DNA of 64,000 nt from positions 32,001-96,000 of the forward strand of contig JAUVXV010000011.1 of the NCBI GenBank assembly GCA_030603365.1, given 5' to 3'. Positions 29,317-39,189 of the stretch are shown piece by piece (within the stretch, counting starts at the first letter, position 1; the number at the start of each line of letters is the position of its first letter). This stretch comes from Candidatus Heimdallarchaeota archaeon (GTDB taxonomy: Archaea; Asgardarchaeota; Heimdallarchaeia; Heimdallarchaeales; Heimdallarchaeaceae). A program made the position numbers and the translations under genes. The notes beneath the pieces are model-generated. The model was not told the origin of the DNA, searched no databases, and saw only the letters and a program-made list of their open reading frames with translations.

Positions 29317-31098
29317 TTAGATTCTTAGACTTCTGTTAAGTGCTTGAATTTTCTCTTTATTGAATTTCAAAACCTCTCGATCATAAGATAATAAACCGTT
29401 TATTTCTCCTTCTACATCAGTAGTTTGAGTATAAACTGCTGAGCTCAATCCTTCAGGGATGAGTTTTTTAGTTTCTTCTATTATTCTTTCATAATTCAGC
29501 CAGAGTTCTTCCATTGTTGGGTATTTCTTATAGGACCATTTGAATTTCTTATTCCACATATGGTCCTTAACACTCAGCCCTAAACCTCCAAATTCTCCTA
29601 GAACTGCAATTCTATCATCGTTTTCTAGATTTGGGATTGTTGGGCCTGGATAAAGATGAATATCATTCATATCACCAGTCTTCTTATCTAACCATCCACT
29701 AGCACTATTGATCAAGCGAGTATTATCCAGCGCACGAATATAATCGGTCACTTTTCTGGTTTCAAACTGTCCCCAACCTTCATTAAACGGAACCCAAGCA
29801 GCGATAGAGGGATGATTATAAAGAGAATCAATCATCGATTTTAATTCAGAGTAAAATTGATTTTTTACTGATTTCTTCTTTCTACCATTTCTTAGTTTGA
29901 ATTTACCTCTGAATAGAAGGTATCCGAAAACCCCATAGAATTCATGACCTCCATTTGGCATGTCTTGCCAGACCATCATTCCTAATCGATCACAATGATA
30001 GTACCATCGAGCAGGTTCTGTTTTAAGATGCTTTCTTATCATATTAAAACCAAGTTCTTTAGTTATCTCTATGTCATACACCAAAGCTTCTTCAGTTGGA
30101 GCTGTATAGAGACCATCAGGCCAATAACCTTGATCCAATGTTCCAAACATGAAGATAGGTTCTCCATTAAGAAGGATGCGAGGGATATTATTTTCATCTT
30201 TACCATAAGCAAATTCTCGCATAGCAAAATAGCTTTCAATCCTATCAATTAGTTCTCCTTTCCTTTCTAAAGACAAATTAAGATTATAGAGAAAGGGTTT
30301 ATCAGGTTGCCAAAGTGTAGCTTCAGGGATGTCTAGAATTATTTTCTCATCAATTGCACTTTCTACTTTTGTGATAACTCGATCACTTGTTCTTACAGTA
30401 GCATTAATAATATCATCAGATTTGTTTTTTATTCCAGTTAGGGTTAAGATGAGTTTTTCATCATGAATATTAGGTATCATGAAAACCCTATCAATTCTGC
30501 TTCTAGAAACAGGTTCAATCCATACAGTTTGCCAAATACCGGAAACAGCTGTATAAAATGCTGCAAATGGTTTTAATACCTGTTTTCCTCTTTCTTGTTT
30601 TCCTCTATTAGTTGGATCCCAAACAGAGACAACAATTACATTCTCATCTCTAAATCTAGCATATTTAGAAATTTCAAAATAAAAAGGAACATAACCACCT
30701 CTGTGTTCTCCAACAAATTGTCCGTTAACCCACACTCTAGTTTCCCAATCAACTGCTCCAAAATGAAGAAGAAGATCTTGTTCTTTCCATGCTTCAGGCA
30801 GTTCAAAAGTACGACGATACCATAATTTCTGATTTGGTTTGAGTTTCTTTTTTACTCCAGATAATGCTGATTCAACAGCAAATGGTACTAAAATTTTTCC
30901 TTCAAAAGAAGAAGGTTTATCGTTATTTTTTGGTTGAATAGAATAATCCCATAATCCATTGAGGTTCAACCATGCATCTCGTTTAAATTGAGGTCTTGGG
31001 TATTCAGGCAAAGGTGATTCTGGATTAACGTCTTTACTCCACTTAGACATAATTTCTCCTTCAACAGGAACCCAATCTTCAAACAGCTTTTCTGACAT
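29317..31098 (-). CDS. Glycoside hydrolase family 2 (beta-galactosidase/glucuronidase-like)
   Basis: EYPRPQ, LHFGAVD, SGIWQTVWIE, LDQGYWPDG, FNEGWG and GEFGG motifs; start at ATG 31098. Confidence 0.92.
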   Translation of the reverse strand: MSEKLFEDWVPVEGEIMSKWSKDVNPESPLPEYPRPQFKRDAWLNLNGLWDYSIQPKNNDKPSSFEGKILVPFAVESALSGVKKKLKPNQKLWYRRTFELPEAWKEQDLLLHFGAVDWETRVWVNGQFVGEHRGGYVPFYFEISKYARFRDENVIVVSVWDPTNRGKQERGKQVLKPFAAFYTAVSGIWQTVWIEPVSRSRIDRVFMIPNIHDEKLILTLTGIKNKSDDIINATVRTSDRVITKVESAIDEKIILDIPEATLWQPDKPFLYNLNLSLERKGELIDRIESYFAMREFAYGKDENNIPRILLNGEPIFMFGTLDQGYWPDGLYTAPTEEALVYDIEITKELGFNMIRKHLKTEPARWYYHCDRLGMMVWQDMPNGGHEFYGVFGYLLFRGKFKLRNGRKKKSVKNQFYSELKSMIDSLYNHPSIAAWVPFNEGWGQFETRKVTDYIRALDNTRLINSASGWLDKKTGDMNDIHLYPGPTIPNLENDDRIAVLGEFGGLGLSVKDHMWNKKFKWSYKKYPTMEELWLNYERIIEETKKLIPEGLSSAVYTQTTDVEGEINGLLSYDREVLKFNKEKIQALNRSLRI

Positions 31099-31153
31099 TG
31101 AGCAAGAAAAAATAAACAAGTTGAAAAGTCTTATGGAGGAAAGTTTTTGATAT

Positions 31154-31498
31154 TTATTCGTCTTTAAAACTGAATTCAAGATCCATACTGCCAGTAAATA
31201 GATTTACAAATTGAGTGCTGCGTTTATCTTCGGGAACGTTTTCTCTATCCATTTCATCCTTGATTTCTTCTTTAAGCTCCGCTAACTCTTTATTGGTGTT
31301 AAATATTATTTCATTTAACATTAAGATGTGGCGTAGTTTACTAACTTTTACTGTGGACACATAAACGCCTGTATCTAAAGGAGGAAGAACAATTGAATTG
31401 ATAATTTTCTCATGTACTTCTTTTTCTTCATTCTTTTTATTGTTACTTCTAGAAATTTCTTTATTGATATCATCTCCAAATTGGCTTTTAAAGCAGTA
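31154..31498 (-). pseudogene. Probable 3' remnant of a gene (possibly a regulator C-terminus)
   Basis: Frame stays open upstream of GTG 31360 to about 31498 with no ATG in that upstream part. Confidence 0.35.
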
Positions 31499-31699
31499 TT
31501 AGTTTTCATCTCTCAGCTTTAACCTTTCAGCTTAAACTATTCACTTTTCACTTTCAATTTTCTACTTCGAAATTTGACAATTCAAAGACATCATTTCTCC
31601 CTTAAACTTGCATTTCAGCCTCTTAAACTGATGATTTTCAAAATTCCTTAATAAAGGTGAGTTTTACTGTAGTTCAACAAATAAGGTGAAGTGAAAAAA

Positions 31700-31822
31700 A
31701 TGAAAATAATCTCAAAACCCAGAAAAACCCGAACTGAAAGAATTGAATATTGGTCATTTGGTGGTCACTTTTTCTCATCACTCTCTAATAAGGTGACCAG
31801 TAATAGTTCAATTAGAAAGTAA
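31700..31822 (+). CDS. 40-aa upstream peptide preceding the MFS gene
   Basis: AGGTGA SD-like site at 31684-31689; MKIISKPRKTRTERIEYWSFGGHFFSSLSNKVTSNSSIRK*. Confidence 0.4.
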   Translation: MKIISKPRKTRTERIEYWSFGGHFFSSLSNKVTSNSSIRK

Positions 31823-31841
31823 AAGTGCTTAAGGTGCTTAA

Positions 31842-33296
31842 ATGGAAAATAATCAGGCAGATACTGAAATTCAAAATGATTTAAGCACTGAGAAAAAGAA
31901 AACCAACCCTTTGGTTCTTCTGAAGAGTTGGGATTTCTCAGCATTATTTCTTGGTGGTTTTATTAGTAATGTAGGCTCATACTTTACTAGCGTTGCAATA
32001 ATTTTCTTAGGTCTTGCTTTTACTAGTGGTCTAACTGAAAACGAGGCAACCAGAGCTATTGCTCTAATGACCACCTTCACATTAGCTCCAATGTTAGTTT
32101 TAGGACCAATTGCTGGTGTCTTAGCAGATAAATTTGATAGAAAGAAAGTAATGATAGTAGCTGATGTACTAGGAGCAACTGCTGCTTTTGGTTTGATATT
32201 TACTACACAGATGTGGCATTTGTATCTTTTTGCTATCTTCAACTCATCTGTGAGACAGTTCTTTTATCCAGCCAAAACAGCCAGCATTCCAAGAATCGTT
32301 AAGCAGGATCAGTTACTCTCAGCAAATGGCTTTATTCAAACGACCAGTCAACTTTCTAGATTGATTGGTCCATTACTAGCTGGATTTCTTATCGCAGCTT
32401 TTGGATTCGACATTGCATTCATTATTGATGGATGTTCATATATCGCATCAGCAATTCTATTATTTACAATAAGAAGAGATCTCAAACCAGAAAGAACTGA
32501 AGAAAAAATTACAATCAGAAGTGTTGGAACTGGATTAAAGGATGGCTTCAGATTAGCTTTTGGAGATAAAATCATTACCTTCGTCATCATACTATTCTCA
32601 TTTACAATACTAATGATAGGAATGGTAGATCCCCTTATTGTTCCTTACATGAGCTTTGAATTTGGTATAGGAGAAGAGGAATTTGGTATGATGATGAGTT
32701 TTGCTGCAATCAGTGGATTGATACTAGCAATTTTTCTGTCAATTAAGGGGCAAATAAAAAGAAAACTGACCTTCATGTCGGCTACAATTTTAGTAGCAAG
32801 TATCTGCCTAGCTTTTCTTGGTCTAGCCCCTTATTTACCTGGAGGATCAGCATGGATATGGGCAGGAATGATCTTAGTAGGTTGCATCAATGTTGGGTTC
32901 AACTTACCATTCGCTACTCTCCTCCAGCGTATTATCCCTGACAAAGATTTAGGGAAAATATCTGGTGTAATTGATACTGTAATTACTGCAGCATCTGTAA
33001 CAGCTTCTGGAATTGCAGCAGGTTTAGCAGGAGTTATTTCTACAAGCTGGATATTTCTCACACTCACCATAGCCATAGCAGTTGGTGGAATTGTAGGATT
33101 ATTAGTAATAAAATACAAGAAACTTGATAAGATTGCTCAACTCCGCGAAGAAGAAATGAAAGCAATCAAAGAATTAGAAGAAAAGGAGAAGAAATCTAAA
33201 GAGAAAATCGTTGATTTCGATGAACAGGTACAGCTCACCTTAGACAAACTAAAATCCGAGGATCCTCTCCAGGTTCCTTATCCCACTTTAGACTAA
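31842..33296 (+). CDS. MFS transporter (DHA3/MefA-like)
   Basis: GVLADKFDRK motif A, FFYPA...IP, 12 TM segments. Confidence 0.9.
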   Translation: MENNQADTEIQNDLSTEKKKTNPLVLLKSWDFSALFLGGFISNVGSYFTSVAIIFLGLAFTSGLTENEATRAIALMTTFTLAPMLVLGPIAGVLADKFDRKKVMIVADVLGATAAFGLIFTTQMWHLYLFAIFNSSVRQFFYPAKTASIPRIVKQDQLLSANGFIQTTSQLSRLIGPLLAGFLIAAFGFDIAFIIDGCSYIASAILLFTIRRDLKPERTEEKITIRSVGTGLKDGFRLAFGDKIITFVIILFSFTILMIGMVDPLIVPYMSFEFGIGEEEFGMMMSFAAISGLILAIFLSIKGQIKRKLTFMSATILVASICLAFLGLAPYLPGGSAWIWAGMILVGCINVGFNLPFATLLQRIIPDKDLGKISGVIDTVITAASVTASGIAAGLAGVISTSWIFLTLTIAIAVGGIVGLLVIKYKKLDKIAQLREEEMKAIKELEEKEKKSKEKIVDFDEQVQLTLDKLKSEDPLQVPYPTLD

Positions 33297-33365
33297 TCAC
33301 CTCTCTTCTTTTTTCTTTTTTAAATTAATATACAACAAAAAAATAGTAGGGAGGAGAATTTAATT

Positions 33366-34682
33366 TTAAGATCGTTCGGGTTGTTTTTTTAGTCCCAGTA
33401 TATCTGCATATCCATCCATATCTAGAAATCCATGCCCACTTATGTTGAATAGGATAGTTTTCTTTTCGTTATTTTCTTTACATTTAATTGCTTCATCTAT
33501 TGCACAGGCAACACTATATGCTGATTCAGGTGCAGGTAAGAATCCTTCAGCTTGAACAAACTCTCTAGCCTTTTGGAAGACGTATTTTTCATCAGCAGGA
33601 TAAGCAATTGTGTCAATATATCCAAGATGTCTTAAAAGACTCAGAATTGGGGCACTTCCATGATACCTAAGTCCATCTCCCCTTATTGGGACCATAGTTA
33701 CTTGGTGACCAAGAGTATACATTTTCAACATGGGTGTCATTTCTGCATGATCAGCAAAGTCATACTTGTACTCTCCTTGCATGTTAGCAGCTGCTTCACT
33801 TTGTGCAGCAATAAACTGAATATCTTCTTTCTTTGTTAAAACATCCTGCATCCAAGGTAAGGCAATACCTCCAAAGTTGCTTCCTCCACCAAGGCATGAA
33901 ATAACCACATCTGGGTATTCTCCAGCGATTTCCATTTGTTTCTTAGTCTCTAAACCTATTATAGATTGGTGTAACATTACATGATTCAAAACAGAACCAA
34001 GACAATAAACAGCTTTTGGATCTTTTTTAGAATCTTCTAATCCTTCAGAAATAGCTATACCTAATGATCCATTATGGTCAGGATTTTCAGCATATAATTT
34101 CTTACCAAATTCGGTTTGTTTACTTGGAGATGCATATACATCCGCACCAAACATTTGCATGAAGTTCAATCTTTGAGGTTTCCATCTATAAACTGCCCTA
34201 ACCCAATACACAGTACATTCTAGTCCAACTAAACTAGAAGCATAAGCAAGTGCATTACCCCATTGTCCTGCGCCTGTTTCAGTTGTAAGGCGCTCAAACC
34301 CTTGTTCTTTTGCATAATAAGCTTGTGCAAGAGCAGTATTTACTTTGTGACTACCTGTAGGACTGTAAAATTCTGATTTGTAAAATAGTTTTGCAGGAGT
34401 ACCTAATTTCTTTTCTAGATTCTTGGCTCTGAAAAGTGCTCTAGGTCTACCCGCGGCTAAGTACAACTCCTGAATTCCTTCAGGAATAGGGATCCATCTC
34501 TCTCCAGACATTTCTTGTTTTAGACATTCACCAATCAGGAGATTGGGAAGATCATCAACTCTAGAATAGCCTTCAGGAGGATCCATCGGGGGTGGAAGAG
34601 GTTCTGGTAAATCAGGAATGATATTATACCATTTTGTAGGTAGTTCATCAGCTTTTAAAATTATACTTCTATCATCTGTCAT
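33366..34682 (-). CDS. trpB2: Tryptophan synthase beta chain type 2
   Basis: WYNI..DLP, GSHKVN, TETGAGQWG, GGGSNF and SGHG motifs. Confidence 0.92.
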   Translation of the reverse strand: MTDDRSIILKADELPTKWYNIIPDLPEPLPPPMDPPEGYSRVDDLPNLLIGECLKQEMSGERWIPIPEGIQELYLAAGRPRALFRAKNLEKKLGTPAKLFYKSEFYSPTGSHKVNTALAQAYYAKEQGFERLTTETGAGQWGNALAYASSLVGLECTVYWVRAVYRWKPQRLNFMQMFGADVYASPSKQTEFGKKLYAENPDHNGSLGIAISEGLEDSKKDPKAVYCLGSVLNHVMLHQSIIGLETKKQMEIAGEYPDVVISCLGGGSNFGGIALPWMQDVLTKKEDIQFIAAQSEAAANMQGEYKYDFADHAEMTPMLKMYTLGHQVTMVPIRGDGLRYHGSAPILSLLRHLGYIDTIAYPADEKYVFQKAREFVQAEGFLPAPESAYSVACAIDEAIKCKENNEKKTILFNISGHGFLDMDGYADILGLKKQPERS

Positions 34683-34792
34683 TTTCTAAACCTTGTTTTT
34701 CAACTAAATAATTCAAATAACTGAAATTATAAATCTTCCGTAGATATTTTAACAAAGAAAAGTTTAAATTTTTCGAGTGGTTATCCAACAAC

Positions 34793-36535
34793 ATGGGTGG
34801 ATTCTTCCTTACAGACAACGAATCTAGCAATTTAGAAGAAAAAATCAAACATATTTTTCTTGCTAAGGATATGGAAAAATATGACTTGTTCAATTTTGGT
34901 AAATTCAAAGTCTTTTATTTTCATAAGATAGGTCACTCAGAATTCAACCATGTATTCAAAAAAGGTCAAGATTACATCATTGGAGTAGGAGTATTCTTCT
35001 ATAATAATCAATTTGGAATTAAAGCTCTAGAAGAGATTTATGTTAATTTAAAGAGCAAACAAGATTTTTCTATCTTTAATCAAGTTCTAGGTCACTTTAA
35101 TTTTATTTTTTACATAAATGGAGAACTGAGAGTAATTACTGATAAAACTGGAACATATCATTCCTATTACAGTTTTAGTGATGGATACCATTATGCTTCA
35201 ACTTCATTCTATTCAATTATTGAATTTCTAGAAAAAATAACCATAAGTAAACAAGAACTTATAGAATTCATGATGATTGAAGCTTTTATCGGACCAAAAA
35301 CAGCTGTCAAAGAGATAAACTTCTTAGAATTTGGTCAGATTCATCAGCTAGTGTCTAAAAGTGAGAAGAAATCCCTTCAATACTTCATCGAAAAAAGAAT
35401 AGACAAACCCACTGATTTGAAACTTATAACTGAAAAAATAAACAATTATTTCGAAATATTCAAAGACCTTGATTACTCTGTTTCATGTGATTTATCTGCT
35501 GGTTATGATACAAGACTTATCTGTGCAATTTTCAAGAAGTTGAATCTAAAACACATCCTGAATACTAATCAGAACGTAGAAGATCCCATAGATTCAGCAA
35601 TACCATTAGAAATAGCTAAAAATGAAGGTTTAGAAATAGTATCATTTACTAGAGAAGAGGAAAAATATGATCAAGATAAGCTCTTGAATGAATCTTTCGA
35701 TAAGAACGAACTCATGAGAGATAACTTCACTGCTAGATATTCTGCAAAATACTTCGAAGATAAGTCACAAAGGTTTGATATGATAGTAGGTGGATATGGA
35801 GGAGAACTCTATAGGGATATCAAGTATAGAAATACTAAGAATTACAATTACCTATTTACTAAACAATATACTGAATATAATGCGAAGTTAATTCTAAAAG
35901 GAAAAGATTGGTCAAAATATACTCGTAATTTAAGAAAGAAATTCAATACATTTCTAAGTACTAGTGGAAATAAACCATCTAAAGAAGATTTAGAAAAAAT
36001 CTACTATTATCTAAAAATGATGTACTGGGGGTGTACTAGAGTTACATACTTTAACCAATACGGTTATCGATTTCACCCTCTTCTAGATTATGAAATAGCA
36101 GGATATACATTTGATATCCCAAAAGAAGTAAAAGATGAAGAGAAATTCAACATGGAATTAATTGAAGAATATGACAGTAAATATGCTAGTTACAATTCTA
36201 ATTATAATTACAATTTTATATGGGATGAAAGTAAAAGAAAGATAATAAATCCACCTGTAGCCACTAAAACAAAAATCAAAAGAATAATTGGTAAAATAGT
36301 TAGATTCGTTATCAGAGATGAATACTACCTATTCAAATTAAAACAACTTATAGGTAAGAGACCAACTCAGAAAAAAGAAACAAAGGGATGGAGAAAACAT
36401 CTGGATGAAGAATTACTTTTCACGAGGTTTTTTGGTAATCGTATTCATAAACTTGAATTAGATGAAAAGATGCTAGGAAGAGTTTATACTGTCGAGAAAT
36501 TTCTTGAAAGATACAAAGAGAAATTAAAAAGATAA
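34793..36535 (+). CDS. Asparagine synthase-like (Ntn plus ATP-pyrophosphatase) protein
   Basis: DLSAGYDTR PP-loop variant, GGYGGE, PLLD. Confidence 0.65.
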   Translation: MGGFFLTDNESSNLEEKIKHIFLAKDMEKYDLFNFGKFKVFYFHKIGHSEFNHVFKKGQDYIIGVGVFFYNNQFGIKALEEIYVNLKSKQDFSIFNQVLGHFNFIFYINGELRVITDKTGTYHSYYSFSDGYHYASTSFYSIIEFLEKITISKQELIEFMMIEAFIGPKTAVKEINFLEFGQIHQLVSKSEKKSLQYFIEKRIDKPTDLKLITEKINNYFEIFKDLDYSVSCDLSAGYDTRLICAIFKKLNLKHILNTNQNVEDPIDSAIPLEIAKNEGLEIVSFTREEEKYDQDKLLNESFDKNELMRDNFTARYSAKYFEDKSQRFDMIVGGYGGELYRDIKYRNTKNYNYLFTKQYTEYNAKLILKGKDWSKYTRNLRKKFNTFLSTSGNKPSKEDLEKIYYYLKMMYWGCTRVTYFNQYGYRFHPLLDYEIAGYTFDIPKEVKDEEKFNMELIEEYDSKYASYNSNYNYNFIWDESKRKIINPPVATKTKIKRIIGKIVRFVIRDEYYLFKLKQLIGKRPTQKKETKGWRKHLDEELLFTRFFGNRIHKLELDEKMLGRVYTVEKFLERYKEKLKR

Positions 36536-36544
36536 AAAGAGAAT

Positions 36545-36733
36545 TTACTTCTTGTAAGAACTAAAAGAGTAAGAAATTACACTCTTTGGACAGATATCTG
36601 CACATGTGCCACATAATATACACTCTCTGTGCTCAAATTTTCCTCTGTTAACCATTTCCTCAACTGGCAAGCTCATTGGACATGCTCTATCATATCTGTG
36701 ACAGTTGATACAAGCTTCTTTGTCAGCTTTCAT
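36545..36733 (-). pseudogene. 4Fe-4S dicluster domain, probably a 3' remnant of a membrane ferredoxin
   Basis: CINCHRYDRACP (third Cys replaced by Tyr), CILCGTCADICP. Confidence 0.6.
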
Positions 36734-36749
36734 TCTTCAAATAGAATCC

Positions 36750-37178
36750 TTATTTCAGTTTCTTTATTATACCACAATAACTACAATTTGGACAAAATTG
36801 ATAAGTTTTAGTGAAACTACTTCCGCACCTTGGGCAAAATGAAGCAGCTAATTCATCTACCTTCAGAGAACCCTTAGGTCCTTGTCTAGTAGATTTGTCA
36901 CTTGTTGTTACTGGGACATTTTCAAAAATATCAGCGTCAAAATCTATAGACATAAGTTGTTTTATTTTTCTAGCTTTAAAATAGAATGAAAAGGTTTGGT
37001 AAATAATAACAAGAAAACCAATGGTAGAATAAAATGTAAAATCCATCCAACTAAGGTATTCTCGCAGGGGAACAAAAATCCCAAATATTATTCCTCCAGA
37101 TACAATAAGAAATGATAGTAGAGATAGTTTGATTACTTCAGTCTTAATTGCTTTTTTAGCTAATATATCTGGTAACAT
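36750..37178 (-). CDS. Membrane protein with C-terminal zinc ribbon
   Basis: Two TM segments, FCPRCG..FCPNC. Confidence 0.7.
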   Translation of the reverse strand: MLPDILAKKAIKTEVIKLSLLSFLIVSGGIIFGIFVPLREYLSWMDFTFYSTIGFLVIIYQTFSFYFKARKIKQLMSIDFDADIFENVPVTTSDKSTRQGPKGSLKVDELAASFCPRCGSSFTKTYQFCPNCSYCGIIKKLK

Positions 37179-37264
37179 TAAGGAATATTTTTGTTAGACA
37201 TTTATTTATTTTTACATTCATTGTTCTTCAAAAATTATTTAAGTGTGAGAGAGTATACCTTATT

Positions 37265-39106
37265 TTGAATAAGATGAAGAGAAGAGAAATATATTGTTTG
37301 ATAGCTCTATGTATTATTGTATTTCCTGCGAGTATGATTGAAGTTCAAAGTGTAGAAATACCTGAAATATTTTCGATTAGTTTACTCAGAGCAAATGTAG
37401 CTGATCCTAGACAAAATTGGGCTTTGCTAATGGAGCTTCAGCTCCCAAAGATAGGTATAGTTGTAGATTTTCATGAATCAACAAGTTGGTCGAATGTAGC
37501 TTTACGCACATGGGATTATCCACTAATAGATTTCGATTACATACCCACATACGCTGAGGGTGGATTTGATCTCCTCTTCATGAATTACCTTTGGGACCTT
37601 GATTGGAATCCATCACGTTTATTTGACACAGGTTATCCAGTTACTATTGGAGGTAATTTTTACCAATATGCTAATCCGGTTTATGATAGTCTCTTAATCA
37701 ACTATCTCAGCGAATTAGATCAGAACACTCATATTAACTATGGGAAACAATTGCAAGCTATCCTTTATGAAGACCTACCTAGTATCGCTACTTTGTACGA
37801 AAGATCACTTTATGGTTTCAAAGAAGGATTAACTGGGATAGATGCACTTTTACTAAGTACTGGAGCAGACAGATATGAATATTGGGATGCCCCCTCAGAC
37901 CATATAATAAAATACGCAATTCCTACCGATTTAGATGAGTACAATTCGTATATACAAGATAATTTCTATGATAAGTTATGGATGCAAGGTATTTATGGAA
38001 GTTTATTCAAAAGGGAACAGACAACTAGATTATGGGAACCACAAATTGCTTCTGATATCTTCATCAGTGAAGATAATCTAAATGTAACAATAAATCTAGA
38101 TCCCAATGCAAAGTTCAGTGATGGGAGTCCTGTACTAGCTGAAGATGTAGAGTATTCTTATGAACTGCACATGACACCAGCTGTAGGTTCTTCTTATTAT
38201 TGGAACCTCAATAAATGGTTAGCAAGTAACGATTCAATATCAACAGTTGGTGCAGATACCGTAACTTTTAATCTAAGTCAAACAAACGCTTTTATGTATA
38301 ACTTATTTTCCTATGGGATTGTTGATAAAAGCGAGGTTCAACCCGCAATCTCTACTTACGGATATAGTATATTTAATGAAATCCCTTTAACAGGAAATGT
38401 TTCTGATACATTAGTAAAATCATGTGGCCCTTTCAAATTAGATACTTATAATCAAACAACTAGTACAGTAAAATTAGTACCTAATACCTATTATAGTGAG
38501 TTATTGAACTACGATTCCCCATTGCTTGATGAATGGCAAATGATGTTTATTTCTGGTAAAGATACAGCTGTAGCTGAATTGATTACAGGAAACGTAGACA
38601 TTGTAGATGCTCAATACTACCCAACAATAGCTGATTTTACTCCTACTGGTGTAAAAGGAGTTTTGGTTAAAGGCCCACTCTATCAAGAAATAGCTGTTAA
38701 CATGAGACATCCTGTTTTTGGAACAGGAGAACTTACTCCATTAGGTACTCCTGAATCTGCTAAATATGTTAGAAAGGCCATCAGTCATGTAATTCCACGT
38801 ACCATAATTGCTGATGAAGTTTATGACGGTCTAGCTGTACCAGCTACAACTGCTTGCCCAGATATGGCAGTAGTTTATGATGATACTCTCCAACCTTATG
38901 CATATGATTTAGATTTAGCTCTTGAATACATGGACTATAATTGGGATATACTTGATCCACCAACAACGACTACAGGAACACCTTCAGAGACAAGTAATGG
39001 TTTTACAAAAACAATAGGTGATAATTGGATAATAAGCATAGTTCTACTCAGTCTTATTGGTTTAACTATAACACAGATTATTAGAAAGAGAAAAATGAGT
39101 TCATAA
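37265..39106 (+). CDS. ABC peptide-binding protein (family 5), circularly permuted, membrane anchored
   Basis: AKFSDGSPVLAEDV, VRKAISH, C-terminal TM. Confidence 0.88.
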   Translation: MNKMKRREIYCLIALCIIVFPASMIEVQSVEIPEIFSISLLRANVADPRQNWALLMELQLPKIGIVVDFHESTSWSNVALRTWDYPLIDFDYIPTYAEGGFDLLFMNYLWDLDWNPSRLFDTGYPVTIGGNFYQYANPVYDSLLINYLSELDQNTHINYGKQLQAILYEDLPSIATLYERSLYGFKEGLTGIDALLLSTGADRYEYWDAPSDHIIKYAIPTDLDEYNSYIQDNFYDKLWMQGIYGSLFKREQTTRLWEPQIASDIFISEDNLNVTINLDPNAKFSDGSPVLAEDVEYSYELHMTPAVGSSYYWNLNKWLASNDSISTVGADTVTFNLSQTNAFMYNLFSYGIVDKSEVQPAISTYGYSIFNEIPLTGNVSDTLVKSCGPFKLDTYNQTTSTVKLVPNTYYSELLNYDSPLLDEWQMMFISGKDTAVAELITGNVDIVDAQYYPTIADFTPTGVKGVLVKGPLYQEIAVNMRHPVFGTGELTPLGTPESAKYVRKAISHVIPRTIIADEVYDGLAVPATTACPDMAVVYDDTLQPYAYDLDLALEYMDYNWDILDPPTTTTGTPSETSNGFTKTIGDNWIISIVLLSLIGLTITQIIRKRKMSS

Positions 39107-39189
39107 ACGTCTATTTATCACTTGTTTTTCAGTATATTCTTTCTTTTTTTATGCAAAAAACATATTAAGTATTGTTACTAAGGTAATAT

